The position numbers and the translations under genes were made by a program. DNA of 64,000 nt, taken from Bigelowiella natans CCMP2755. Its lineage: Eukaryota; Protista; Cercozoa. The notes under the pieces were generated by a model that ran no database searches, was not told where the DNA came from, and saw only the letters and a list, made by a program, of their open reading frames with translations. Position 1 is the stretch's first letter; each line of letters opens with the position of its first letter. Where the stretch lies: assembly GCA_000320545.1 (NCBI GenBank), contig ADNK01000879.1, forward strand, positions 21,063 through 85,062, in the 5' to 3' direction. Positions 30,806-43,904 of the stretch are shown in pieces.

Positions 30806-31368
30806 CTTCAGTGAGGACCATCTAGTGAAACCAAAAGGAATCAAGAATGGCATTGTAGCCACTCCTCCGTTCCTAGTTTCATTGTTTTTAGTGCCTGATG
30901 TTTGCCAACTTCAGGATCACGCATCCCTAAATCCTGTCGTGATGGTTTGCTCATGCTTGGAGATCACCAAGCAAGAACACCACACCTACGACCCCCAAGA
31001 GCACAATTCCATGGACCACACCTTCATGGTCTACTTCATACCTACCACAACATCCCCGGCTTTTGCGGAGACATTGCCCTCACTGGAAGGCATGAAGATG
31101 GAGGAGGATGCATTCTTCGTTCCTAGTCCATTTGGACAGCGAGCTTCGCAATGACCACAGCATCCCCGACTGATGATCATCGATCGATCGATTTCAAACG
31201 ATTTTTCCCAACGGTCCAGCCCTAGATGGGTCCCATTTTTATTGCGCGACATGGTAATTCTTCGTGTCGCAGAATGGATTTGTCTTGTTTTCTCCGGCCG
31301 ACAACAACGAGCGAACAAGGACGTGCTTGCCCACTTGCGCGTCCCGCCCGCCCTCCCTTACCAGGAGG

Positions 31369-31925
31369 ATGGCTCACAGCCCGGCGTTCCCCCGGCGTCG
31401 GCTTCGCTGTTGTAGCCGTTTTCTACTGATTGTATTTACGGTCTGGGGACTGATCCTCTGCAGGGACTTTGAAGGAAGAACACTAGTAGCCGATGTCGGA
31501 GAAGCACTCGGCGTCAGTGGCATACCACGTATATCCTACACGGAGCTCAGACGTCCATGTTCCCTTCGAGCTAGGATTTATGTTCAGAAGTAGTTCTCCT
31601 TATATTGAATGTTCACATTCATCTGATGTTAGCTTCAGTCACTCTCCTTGCTTCCTTCCTTTTTGCAGCTGGTGATGATCCACAAATACATATTCGCACT
31701 CATATCACTGGTAGGTTTGTTCAACGGCTTAGAGGAGGAGGAGGAGGAGGCGGCGGCGGCGGCGGTGAAAAGCTAGACACAGGAAGTCAGGGAACGAAGC
31801 GGCAGGTTCCAGGCGAGAGATATGAGCCTCTCGGAATTCCCCTTGGAGCAGATGGAAACCCAGATCCCAAGATCATGGTAGTAGTGGGTGATTGGTGTGT
31901 GCGTGTGTGCGTGTGTGTGTGTGTG

Positions 31926-31978
<53 letters not shown>

Positions 31979-32455
31979 TGTAGGGCGTCAGCCTGCTTCT
32001 TCCCTCCCACCCCGCACACCACACAACACAATCACCGGTGACCTCGTTGTTGTCTATCTTGCATGTGGGCGGGGAGCTGGGTATAGAGCGAGGGAGATTT
32101 TCTAATTTCTTCAGTCCGTGCATGTATGATGCGTGAGATGCGATGCTCTTGTGAAATGGAAAGGAACGTGAAGCGGACGCTAAATGGACTGAATTTGAAA
32201 GGAAGCTGCGAGGCACCGCTAGGCTAGAGGTGATTATTCTCCCCTTTTCTCTCAACCTGATATTGTGCAAGTGGGCGGGGGTGGAACTTGAAAGTGTACT
32301 TTCTGAGTGTCGGATGGCGCATCACCATGCTTAGGAATCAGCTGTGGACATCATGAATGAGGCAACCCGACCTCAGACGCACATCAATTTTATGGTTGCT
32401 AAGAGCTTTGCTTTAGACCCTCTGCCTCATGTTTCCAATTCGGTTTTATTGCTAT

Positions 32456-32496
<41 letters not shown>

Positions 32497-33945
32497 CAAC
32501 TTGCACCAAATTCTCCTCACGAACCAACACAAGCAGCATGTGCATGCTAGGGACGGATAATAATAACAACTGGAATATTAATAATAATAAAAATAGTAAT
32601 AATAATGATGATAATCTCAGTATCATCTATTAATATTCGTGGTTGAAAATGATACCAAACCTTACAGCAAGACATCGCATCCTCGGACGACATGTTCAAT
32701 GATAAATGGGACACAAAGGTATGTAAGCCGGTCGCAATGTGCCGTGCTACAATCCCATCCTTCGTCAGCTTATATAACGCATAGCTGACCCCACCATCGT
32801 CGGCACTGCACTCATATCCATCTACGAATGACAAAACGTGCGCGCACACCACAAACACACGTGTGGAGGACAACATTCACGAAGACATCGTCATGACCTA
32901 TCAGCGCAAAATTCCCTTGGATGATACGGCGTTAAGGGCAGGAGCAGCAAATAGTGATAATGACCCTAAGACTGACATAGGTAGGGTGCGTGCGTAGGAT
33001 AGGATGATGACCTGTAAAACGATGCTTGCCGATGTTGCTGCTGTCGTTTCTCCTCTTGCTAATACTACTAGTACTAGTAATAGTAATAGTAGTTGTAGTA
33101 GTAGTACCAGAACTACTACCACGACTTTCTTAACGGTCACACACCACTTCAAAAGCAGTAATCGACACTTCCTCCCACATCTCTACTTGACCCCCCCGTT
33201 TGTCATTGATTCATCCTGCAAATCTCCTACTGCCTGTCTGACCCTCCTCCTTCCAGAAATGACAGCAGCAGAGGCAGCAGCACCGATGGAGGCTACACGT
33301 ACGGAAAAGCAATAATATCCTGTTTAATCCTCTCATTTCCTCAATCGCCGCTATCGTCATTCCCTTCTCTCCTTCATTCTAGATCTCGCTCTACGAGCGT
33401 GTGTGTGTGTGTGTTTATTTAACGTGCAAGCACTGAACTTCGCCTCGAGCGCTAATGCCTAACGACGGCTAATCCTTGACTTTTACTACAAACAACTATG
33501 CTTCTTCTCTGCTCCGACTGCCACTTCCATAATGGCATCAGGCGAGGCTGTAGCAGCAGAAACTCCCAGTAGGACTCCAGAAGGGGGTACCCCATCTCCT
33601 CCTCCTCCTCCTCCTCCTCCTCCTGATAATAATGGAGTGGGGGGTGGAGGAGGAGGAGGAGGAGAAGGCAAGAGAACTGCTGTTGGTGGTAATGGTGGTG
33701 GTATTCGTGATGAAGGTCAAGGTGATGATGACGGTACACCGCCAGGAGGTACCCCTCCCCCGCCCGCCCCACTCTCCTCACCACCATTACCAAGTAGAAG
33801 CGGCATTGAGGACGAGATGAAGGGATGGATGGCACGCGGCCAGTCAGTAGAAGCATTATAGATGATATCGTCGTCGTCAGCACATGATGATCATGCAAGT
33901 CGCAACGATGACATCATTCCTCTAACACAGAATGCAAACTCCATA

Positions 33946-33987
<42 letters not shown>

Positions 33988-34328
33988 AGAGAGTGAGAGA
34001 GAGTGAGAAAGGAGTCCACACTTTGATTACCAGGATGATGATAAATGGAGTGATGACAATGGTTGTTGTATAGGCTCTATTCCGATACGGATCTGGAATC
34101 CCAGTACCATGAGAGGTTGAATGATAGGAAGGGGGGGGGGGGGGGGCTGGCATACCATGACGCATTTATATAGCGAAGTCCTTGTGTATGTGCATGCATG
34201 GCTGTGTTTGCAAGGAGCACATTTGTTGTTTTCTAGTTAAAAAACAATACGGTGTCTACACCGCAAGCTGATGCAGCAAGCGCACATATCAGTGTGTATA
34301 CCCACATGTGTTTACGGTGCGTGCAGTA

Positions 34329-34362
<34 letters not shown>

Positions 34363-35220
34363 CGCACTCTGAAGTGCATGCAGATATGTATGAACGGATA
34401 TAGTAAGTCGATGGTTCAAAGTACTCATCCAGATGTGTTGAATATACTTCATAAACAACAGGGAAACGAAGCGAAAACACGTGCGAAAGTAACACTGAAA
34501 CGCCACGAATTCCATCGTGCATTCCCCCCCCCTCCCCCCCCCTTCCATCCTTTTGAAACTACCATGTCTTCGAACCAACATGTTCTTGCTTTTCTATCCA
34601 AGCCACTACGATTTTCCTGTGTCAAGTATTCGCAGCATTTTTAGACCATCGTTACAGCGAGAGTGAGCATTAGCCCCGCTCCCCCCCCCCCACCCCTGTC
34701 TCGATAGTGATGCTGAGACTGACTGATTGGTGGTGGTGTGCGATGGACGTTGTTACCACAACCCCAAAAAAAAAACACACACACAACAGATCGAAGATAG
34801 AGAGAGAGCGAGAGCGTGATGAACGTTTCGAGGACTCGCTGATGAAGATGCAAACGACGAGGAGGCCGTCGTCCTCGAGGGGAGCTGCACTCACACAGAC
34901 AGATGATGTTAAGGTGCATGGAAGAAGAAGAAGAAGAAGAAGAAGAAGAAGAAGACGGAGAAGTAGTAGTAGCGTCTCCATTGAGGGAGGCAGGTAGTCG
35001 TGTTAGAGTGCGGGAATTGGGGACTTCTCTTGAAGAACAAACGTGTTTCCCATTCTTATTCTTTTACTGCTTCCTCCTCCTCCTCCTCCTCCTCCTCCTC
35101 CTCCTCCTCAAGAAAAAGAAGAACAACAACAACAAAGGCAGCGCTTCAACAACTGAAAAGCGTTCCCAGCTCCTCAAGGACCTAGAAGGTGTTCTTTTTA
35201 CTGTTGGTATAACAGTATTA

Positions 35221-35253
<33 letters not shown>

Positions 35254-35397
35254 AATAAAGTATAAGTAGTGAATGTTAGCATATCTGCTGCATGTACATG
35301 CAAATCATCCGTTGTTGGAATTAGCATCATTATGTAGGTGTTCTTCGCCTCTCCTTCCTCTTTCCCCTCCTCCTTCTTCGTATACATATCTGCATGC

Positions 35398-35429
<32 letters not shown>

Positions 35430-36390
35430 GACTCACCCATCCATTTCTCCATCTTACAGAGGAGTCTGATATCGAAGGGGATCTATCACGCGTAATACAT
35501 ACACACATGCGTCCATACTTGCATGCGCACAAACGTACGATTGACGACGACGGACGACGACATTAGCCCGAACACACACAAACACCAAACCCTGTTTAGT
35601 TTGCGACCACGTGCTTTCGCACAGAGCTTCGGTGAGACGGCGGGTCAACAACATATCGATCCTCGTTAGTTGTTCGTAGTCCATAGCTCTGCTGCAGTTG
35701 TGAGTAGTGATTCCACCTGTGATGAATGAATGAATACTGTCCGTCAGATGGCCGCCGAAGAAGGAGGAGGAGGAGGAGCAGCAGCAGCGGAGGGGGGGCG
35801 ACGAAATGTACGTTAAGAATGCATCCACACGCTTTCACTCACGCGTGCAACACCGACTGACTAGTAGCAAATATGAGTTCGTTTTGCCACACACGGTATA
35901 TATGCGCTTGTGCCAAGAAGCATATCGTCGATGTTTGGCCTTTATCCACTGCACGTACACCACAGGCTAGTAGTAGGAGCGCGGCAGTTGAAGGTGGAGG
36001 CCACCAACACCAACACCACCAGCAGCAGCAGCAGCAGCTCATGACCTACCTGAACAGGATGACACAGCAGGTGGTGGTGGTGGTGGTGGTGGTGGTGGAG
36101 ATGTGTACGGATGATATTGCAACGAGAGAGAAGTTGTAGTAGTAGAAGTGAAAGTAATAGCTAGTAGTAGTAGTAGTAGTAGGAGTAGGAGTAGAAAATA
36201 TGCTGCCTCACAAACAGGCAGCCTTATCGTCGTCGTCATCGTCGTTGTTGTCTTGCGATTGTCGCCATCGTATTAGTAGTCGAGACACCAATAACTTCCT
36301 CCTCCGCTGCTGTGTGTTATGGATGAATGCCCCCCCCCCCGCCGAATAGGAGAACTCAACGTCGTACAAAGACTATATTGTCAGAGACTG

Positions 36391-36432
<42 letters not shown>

Positions 36433-37276
36433 ATTTAATACAAGAACCGCTGCTATTTGCTTCGCTTGAAGCTCCTTTAGGAATGGTTATCACCACGCTC
36501 TGGCTCAATCATATACACCATTATTATTATTATTATCATTATCAATAATAACTATTATTATTGCTATTCTTGGAACTACCGTTGTTAATCAATATCATCG
36601 TCAATACCATCATTACATCGGAAGGAACTTGACGTCGGAGGAAACGCAAGAAGAAGAAGAAGGAGGAGGAGGAAGAGGTACAAAAATCGCGCATTCACCA
36701 AGAGCACAAAACAAGTCCCCTCCCTCCCTCCCTCCCTCCCTCCCTTCCTACCCTCTTCCTATTCATTCCACTCTCAACTCTTAAACATCTGCCCCGCGTC
36801 TTCGCAGCAGCTTCTATCCATCGAGGCGGCTGGTAACAACACATTATAACGCTGTACTTGTATTGTGCCATCTCTCTCTATTGATGGGGGAAAACAGGCA
36901 AGGGGGGACCCGAAGGGAGCAGAAGGCGCCTTGGTAGGGAGGATAACGAGTGGCAGACGTATGCGGACGATCCTGCATGGAATGCAAACCTCCATGGGGG
37001 GGGGGGAACGAGCAAGAAGAAGACAGCCATCTATGGTGACGATGGGGGTGATAGTGGCGGTGGAGAAGAGCGAGGTGCTGCGGGCATTGATCCTCCCCCC
37101 TCTTCGTCGTACCTCATGGGGAATCCACAGGTATTGTTTTGCTATTCGATAGGCTGGGGTGCTAGTAGTAGAGTAGGAGTAGCAGTAGTAGTAGTAGTAG
37201 TAGTAGCCATTATACATGTCTTACATATTCGGATAGCTAAAATACTGCTTTTCTCTGCCATATCTCTCTGTAACAG

Positions 37277-37316
<40 letters not shown>

Positions 37317-37928
37317 TGTGTGTGTGTGTGTGTGATTTCAGTTTGCTGCGAGGGCGGATGAAGCGTTGCGCCAACGGTAAAAACGATTGAAATTGTGATT
37401 TGGCGATCAAAATTCAATGATCCCTCAAAAAACTAGATTCAGTACATTCATGATGATGGTGATGATGGTGATGATGAGGATGATGAGGATGGAAAAGAGG
37501 GAACAACTTAGCGACGATACAATAACATTCAGCAACAAAGAGTTAGCCATGGGGGAAGCCATTCGTCGTTCTCGCCGCCCCCCTCTCCACGAGGACCTCA
37601 ATCAAGACGATGAGGGGGAAAGGCACACGCCGCAGCAGCAGCAGCAGCAAGAGGAGAGTGCCAACGAAGAAAATTTCTCTCGGTTGTTCTCCGATCAGAA
37701 GGATCAGGATGCTGTTGCCGAGTCTGGAGATAGGAAGGAAAATACCGAGAGGTGTGGGGGGAGGAGGAAAAGTAGCAAGTATGAACTGCGCGGCCACATC
37801 CTTGATGAGGGCAATACCCAGCTTAGCGCTGAGCGGGAACTCCCACGAGAAGACTCCAGGAAAAGGCTGATGGAAGGGGTAGGAGAGAGAGAGAGGGGAG
37901 GATTGCAAACTATTCTACCCCTGATGAT

Positions 37929-37962
<34 letters not shown>

Positions 37963-38367
37963 ATGATGGTATTGACGATGATGGTGGTGGTGGGGTGATA
38001 CGCACCTGTGGTTGTCTTCTATCTACAATCACTCGTACACGTGCATTACTTATCGTCATCCGCCTCATAACACCTACTACGACATGAATCTGAATACGGC
38101 ATTGTATATATAAAAATATAGCTCGAGGATAGCAACTTCGAGTGTGACAATGGCGACGATAATAGCGCGATGGCATGGGACCCATTCGCTCATGATTCAA
38201 CGGATCCCGAACATAAACGGTAGGGAGAGGAGGAGGAGGAAAAGGAAAAGGAGGAGGAGGAGGAGGAGGCAAAGCAATTTAGTGATGGTAGTGGTGGTGC
38301 AGATCATATGGTCACATTTCGTTTACTGTATGCGTGTGTGCGTGTGTGCGTGTGCAAGGAAATTGAG

Positions 38368-38399
<32 letters not shown>

Positions 38400-39075
38400 A
38401 TCAATTCTTGGAAACCTGCTTTCCTTACAGTTGTCATCATTATCACCGCTGTGTGATTCTTGCTCCTGCTACCAATATTATTAGGAGTGCCAGGTCGGGT
38501 GCAGAACTCACAATCGCAAATCCAGCCCTGCGGGGAGTCGTGAGGGAGTTTCAGCAGAAAGAGGCGGAGGAAGAAGAGGAAGAAGAGGAGAGGCGAACGA
38601 GGGGAAAGCATCGCGAAAGGAATCATTTTGAGAATGGCGGCAACGATGATGAGAGTTATCTAGGCCATCATCATCATCAGCAGCAGCAGCAGCAACAACA
38701 ACAACAACAACAGCATCGTCCAAAGAAGGCCGTTCCGCAAGATGAGGACATGTATGACGGCGTGCCAATAGGGTAGTACCGAGACGTTTTGTCGTGCATT
38801 CCTTCTCCTCCTTTACCTCCTCCTCTCCCTCCTCCTCCTCCTCCTCCTCCTCCCCACTTCTACAGCCACCACTACCACCACCATCACTCCTGCACAAAAA
38901 GGATAGACGTCGATGATGTTGTTGTGGGTGCCTACTGTTTAGATTTGAATATGACCACGAAAGCGGGTACTTCTACGATGACCACACACAGCTCTACTAC
39001 GACCAGAAAACAGTAAGTTCTAACTAACAACACTTGTAGCTCTGGTAGCCATGTTGGCAATACACCACCTCAGTG

Positions 39076-39106
<31 letters not shown>

Positions 39107-39349
39107 ATTATAATATCCCAACTTTGGGGAAATGACGTATGGTTAAATCCTAGAATAAATCATCCTACGTCTGCTTCGAAAATTGCTGATGATCCCAGCA
39201 ACAACTCCGTTTCCACGTAAAGACAGGAGTCATTCTTTGATTACTCGTTAACCCAGGGGCTGTACGGAGCGCATGGCCGCTGGTATTCATGGGACCCTGT
39301 CATGAAGAAATATACAGAATATAATCCAAGGCGAGATGCCCCTGATTAA
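31369..39349 (+). CDS. Large multi-exon hypothetical protein with signal-like N-terminus and RLRGG motif (may be two genes)
   Basis: MAHSPAFPRRRLRCCSRFLLIVFTVWGLILC leader; RLRGG at 31725-31739; chain of AG..GT-bounded acidic low-complexity exons (e.g. 33532-33840, 34790-34913, 36898-37130, 37550-37878, 38486-38772); last exon GLYGAHGRWYSWDPVMKKY..PD* ends 39349. Confidence 0.5.
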
Positions 39350-39987
39350 GTAAAAATCCTCTCTTTACGGTAGAATGTGGCTTTAGTGTCGCATCGGATA
39401 ATCGAGTGACAAGACACACTCTCCTTTTCACTGGTCACAAGCAATAATATTTATTCATTCAAACAGTTTTCTGCATGCCGCACTCACCAGACTTATCCAA
39501 CTTACGCTAATCATAATAATATTTAATGCGCTGCGAGTAAAGCTTAAGCTAATGTTACTCATTTGCTAGCCTAGAAGGGCTGTTCCCTGCATGTAGGCCA
39601 ACTTGTGCTAGCTACACATGCATGCACGCATATTTGTAACAGCATCAATGCAAAGACATGGGGCCATCTGCTCTAGTGCTATGCTCTCCTCCGCACTCGA
39701 TTTTGCAGTAGAGAAAAAGACCAACCAAACAAGTCACATACAGCAATCTTCGCCAGGAATGATGATGACACCAAGAGGCTGACCAGGGGCGCATGCAAAC
39801 ACGATCGCTTGCATGTACGTCACGGGCGCAACAGCAATATGCCACATTCGCAAACATACATGAAGCACGTGGTCGCCGAAACAAACAATCTTATTAGCGC
39901 TGTACGTGGCAGCCGCTTTGCATGACTACATTAGGGTGCAACTAGCTATTGAGAAAATGTGAAACTACATCACATTCATCTCTTGCA

Positions 39988-40002
<15 letters not shown>

Positions 40003-40028
<26 letters not shown>

Positions 40029-40048
40029 GTGTGTGTGTGTGTGTGTGT
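40003..40048. repeat. (CA)n-(TG)n perfect palindromic microsatellite
   Basis: (CA)n runs directly into (TG)n at CATG 40024-40027, giving ~23 bp self-complementary arms. Confidence 0.85.
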
Positions 40049-40177
40049 ATGTGTTGTGCATTGCTTTTAAGTGGGCGCGATGACAACATGACATTACAAC
40101 TTTTGCAGCGCGTGCACCTGCCTTGCCATAGCCTCGACTGCACGTGTGAATGGAATCGCAGCAAACAAGTCCGGGCC

Positions 40178-42190
40178 TCAGTCCGTATATTTTAACTTGA
40201 AGTCCCTAATCTCTTTCTGCAGCCGTTGTCTCTCCCGTCCCTCCCTATCAGGATTGGCGTCGCTAAGCGCGTGTTGCCGCCTCAGCCCGTCAAGGTACCA
40301 TACCGTAACTGCATACCTGTGTCTCTCACAGGGGATCACCTCGTGGGGAACGCGCTTATCCGAGAAAAATACGACAAGCCGACCAGGAAGAGGCTCGATG
40401 TCGCGGAACTTGCCATCCTCGCTGTGCACCCGGAGCTGCCCCCCCGAGCCTTCTTCCCAACCAACGTTGCAGTAGAACACGCACGTCAGGACGCGTCCAT
40501 TGTCGTTGGGGTTGTCGCAATGCTTGATGTATCGAGCGCCGCCACCAGGATAGCACGTGACCATTGCCTCTTGCCTCTCGAGGTGTGATTCACCAAGCTC
40601 CTTCAACCGTTGGGCAAGCAAATACACGAAGTAGTCTATCAATGTGATAAGGGCGCGGATGTTCTCGCAGCCTGCCTCTTTGCCAGAGAACCATCCCACT
40701 CGATCGCCCCTGACCTTCTTCATTTCGTACTTCAGGTTTCCACCCGTTCGCCCTCCCCCTAGCTGTCCTGACTTGAGTTTCCCCTGCGAGTCGAGTTTCT
40801 TGATGTCCGTGCGGATGCACGATGCAAACCAAGTTTGTACAAAGGTGTCGCAGATAGCCACTGAGTTCTCTTCGAGCTCACATGCTGCTTCCTTAACTAG
40901 CTGACCAATCGCCTCTTTAGCTCCCCATTCAGTATTTGTATCTCCTCCATGAGATTTCTTTTGCGCCTGTGGTGCAGAGATTCTAATATCGTTCTCGTGA
41001 CTCTTGCTGTCGCTGATTTCTTTTTCTTCTTCTTCTTCTTCATCTTCTTCGTCTCCGACCTTGGAATTTAGTGTTGGCGCCGGTTGGTCTTCGTCCTTAT
41101 TCTCCTCATTTGATGTGCCACTGACAATACCATCGATATTTCCAACTACTTCCTTCTTTACAGGAGGACAGACGTGCTGGGATGATGATGATGATGATGA
41201 TGATGGGGCATGTAGCGAGGAGGGAAAGTACGATTCTAATGAAAGGAACGCGGCTTCTAGCGCCATGTTGCGCTCACCTGGGATTCTGACAGCGGTACGG
41301 GAGTCGGTGAACCCCAATAGCGCGTACTCCGCGGCAAGCTGCGCTTTTGCTAGGTTCTTCTGGGCATCCTGTAAGTCTGTCTGAGCCTTCTCCTCGTTTT
41401 TTCGAACAACTACCATGTCAGATGTCAGAGTGGAGATCGATGCTTCGATATTTCTTTTCTCTGCAATCGTGGTTTTCATCTCCTCTGAGATACGGTTTAG
41501 GTCTGCGGTCAGCTCTTGCATGGATTTAGCGAGAAATTCTACTTCCTCCGCTATCCCGCGCTTTTTAGGCTTCATTTCTGATGGGGCTGTTGTGTCTGCA
41601 ACTTGGCTGTCCCCCCCCTGATTCTGTTCTTCTGGGTTTGGTTTTGAATTGCACTTCAGCGATTCTTCCTCCCCCTTCTCCTCATTTTTCAGGAGGTCGT
41701 CAGAGGGCTGCCCCTTCCGCCCCATTTTGAAATCATTCTTCGCTTGCGGAGATTGTGGTTCTTGTACGGCCTTGAGGTCCTCCATTGGGACGTTTTCTTC
41801 GATGTTCTGTTCATCGTCTATGTATTGCACGTCACAGTGCTTACCATCTAGATTGACACGAATAATTTTACATTTGAACCAGTATTGGTCATCTATGCCA
41901 CGCTCACAGGTGTCTCCGGCAACGAGACGACTCTTTTCGGAAACGAGAGTTATCGCCGCTTTTTTGCCTTCCTCACCCTTCCCGCTTGCATCATGATCCT
42001 CTACCCGCCTAAGCTCTTCTATGTGAACACCATTCTCTGTATTTCCCTCATCGTCTATGTATTGCACGTCGCAATGCTCTCCGTCGGAGTCAAACCGCAC
42101 AATCCGACACTTAAACCAAAACTGATCGTCGATCCCCCTCTCGACAACGTCTCCCACTGCAAATCCCAGCGCTACTCCCTGTCCGGACAT
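40178..42190 (-). CDS. Intronless protein: two Tudor-like repeats + coiled coil + EGLN/PHD-type 2OG-Fe(II) prolyl 4-hydroxylase domain
   Basis: 670 aa ORF. C-terminal VRGDRVGW, CYPGGGARYIKHCDNP..GRVLTCVFY, GGQLR, IEPLPGRLVVFFSD..PHEV..RYAVTVWY (HxD..H..R). N-terminal duplicated GDxxERGIDDQxWFKCxIxR....HCDVQYIDD unit. Confidence 0.92.
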   Translation of the reverse strand: MSGQGVALGFAVGDVVERGIDDQFWFKCRIVRFDSDGEHCDVQYIDDEGNTENGVHIEELRRVEDHDASGKGEEGKKAAITLVSEKSRLVAGDTCERGIDDQYWFKCKIIRVNLDGKHCDVQYIDDEQNIEENVPMEDLKAVQEPQSPQAKNDFKMGRKGQPSDDLLKNEEKGEEESLKCNSKPNPEEQNQGGDSQVADTTAPSEMKPKKRGIAEEVEFLAKSMQELTADLNRISEEMKTTIAEKRNIEASISTLTSDMVVVRKNEEKAQTDLQDAQKNLAKAQLAAEYALLGFTDSRTAVRIPGERNMALEAAFLSLESYFPSSLHAPSSSSSSSSQHVCPPVKKEVVGNIDGIVSGTSNEENKDEDQPAPTLNSKVGDEEDEEEEEEKEISDSKSHENDIRISAPQAQKKSHGGDTNTEWGAKEAIGQLVKEAACELEENSVAICDTFVQTWFASCIRTDIKKLDSQGKLKSGQLGGGRTGGNLKYEMKKVRGDRVGWFSGKEAGCENIRALITLIDYFVYLLAQRLKELGESHLERQEAMVTCYPGGGARYIKHCDNPNDNGRVLTCVFYCNVGWEEGSGGQLRVHSEDGKFRDIEPLPGRLVVFFSDKRVPHEVIPCERHRYAVTVWYLDGLRRQHALSDANPDREGRERQRLQKEIRDFKLKYTD

Positions 42191-42471
42191 AAGCTACTCG
42201 AGCATCATGGACCGAAGAGAAGACTGATAACGAGGACGGGGACTCCGCACAATAAGGAATAGAGACAAAAACCGAGGCGGTGGGAAGGCTGCTCCCAGCG
42301 AGAGGATCAGTTACGATGACAATGAGCACTGGGAGAACAGTTTCGATTTATTGCCTGCGACATGATTTCTTACGTTGTCGTAGGGTGGAATTCAGTCCCT
42401 ATTGTTTGCGATTTTTCGCCACTCAAAGATCCCCTTCCTCCCTTCCGCTGGAGCGCTTCTCGCTTGCTACG

Positions 42472-43002
42472 ATGCAGAGTGCCACGAAGGACGAAGCAAA
42501 GGTTGCACGCGTAGGATGAGAGAGGAGGAGAACGAAACATGAAATAACAAGATCGATTGTTGCAGGATACCGGTAAAAGCAAATTGAGCGACGGAGGGGC
42601 AGAGAAATCTAAGACTGCCAAGGGAAGTGAATCTCTTGTGAAAGACGTGCCATCGGTACAGTATTAATTGAGCGCTATTATTCTATCTTCGAGTCTAAGC
42701 TCAGGGAAGTAATTTGCAATCATGTGAGGATCCTACTTTTACTGCAGAACAAAGTCGAGTTAAAGAAGTACAAGTCTGTATCCGATGAAATGCAAGGTGA
42801 AGTGACTGTAGCCGCTTCCACTGAAGACAAGAAGTTCAATGATAAGCTCCTGCTATAGGATTAACTATATAGTGCTACAATAATATACAAAAATTCTAAT
42901 TTATCAGGAGGTTTGCTCCGACAAGAAAGCCTTGGATATACTACAAAGGGAGATAAATATCAGGCATCTACTCAGGAATCTACTCAGGAAGAGTCACGGT
43001 AA
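42472..43002 (+). CDS. Small multi-exon hypothetical K/S/E-rich protein
   Basis: MQSATKDEAK|DTGKSKLSDGGAEKSKTAKGSESLVKDVPS|NKVELKKYKSVSDEMQ.. with plausible GT-AG sites; no domain recognised. Confidence 0.3.
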
Positions 43003-43256
43003 CGGCACTTTCTTCAGATTGAATGCTAATCTATCTCGTCATATAGCTAATAACTATTAATGCATCGTGGTTGTGCATTATTAAATTTTGTGCACTAGTA
43101 TACCTCAGACTATACTGCATAGTAACTGTTGGCTAATTGGGCTAGTATAAGATCGTACTGTACTGCTAGACTGCTCTCAAATTGATGCGTCACATACGCA
43201 CGCGTGCAGATTATAGACACGTAATATCATATATATATTATATATGCTATTACTAT

Positions 43257-43277
43257 GACTTATTATAGACACATAAT

Positions 43278-43326
<49 letters not shown>

Positions 43327-43904
43327 CGGATGTAATGAAGAATTAAATTTTTTCAATGGTCATCCTGATGTAGCTGTGCAATGCAGCGGCTACAGCGCTA
43401 ATGTTACATCTGTTGGTTTCTGCCACCACGTGCTTCATGCATTTGAAAGCGTCCTCATGCGACCGATGTTGCCGCGCACTGCGCGCAGCAGTTCTGGAGT
43501 TCTTTTCAGCCTTTGTCAGCCGGTTCGTGTCGTCGTTGCGATTCATGATCGCGCGCATTTGATTGCGCAATCTGATTTGTTCTCGACTGTGTGTTGGACA
43601 TTGCAGGAGATGATCCATGTCCTTCAGGATGCCACATGCATCGCACGTGGCATCTTGCTCTGTGCATTGTCCACGTGAGAACCTGAATTTTCCAAGATTG
43701 CCGACACCACAGATGGCGCGCATCCATGATGTAGCAACACTTGGAAGTTTTAGTTTGATGCCGGTGATCGAAGATGACGGAAGGAATCCAAGATTCTTGA
43801 GATGCACAGCTCGCAATGAATCATTGGACCATTCCTCTTCGAATTCGTTAAAAGCACAGGATTTCATCACCTTGTGATGTTTTTTCAGTTCTTTACATAT
43901 GTAT
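43257..43904 (-). mobile_element. 5'-truncated non-LTR retrotransposon (LINE) relic, ORF2 C-terminus with CCHC knuckle and (TA)n tail
   Basis: ORF 43343-43870 has CDAC......DHLLQCPTH (Cx2C..H..C as in LINE ORF2 ends). (TA)n at 43281-43322 lies 3' of the stop. 16 bp direct repeat tatatgctattactat at 43241-43256 and 43905-43920. Confidence 0.7.

Noticed and set aside
30792-31154. 120 aa ORF upstream of the RLRGG gene
   Set aside because: Non-ATG start within a repeat, no domain and no splice support.
34641-37260. Minus-strand gene from ORFs such as 36774-37217 and 35454-35828
   Set aside because: Plus-strand AG..GT-bounded exons with natural composition explain the region better.
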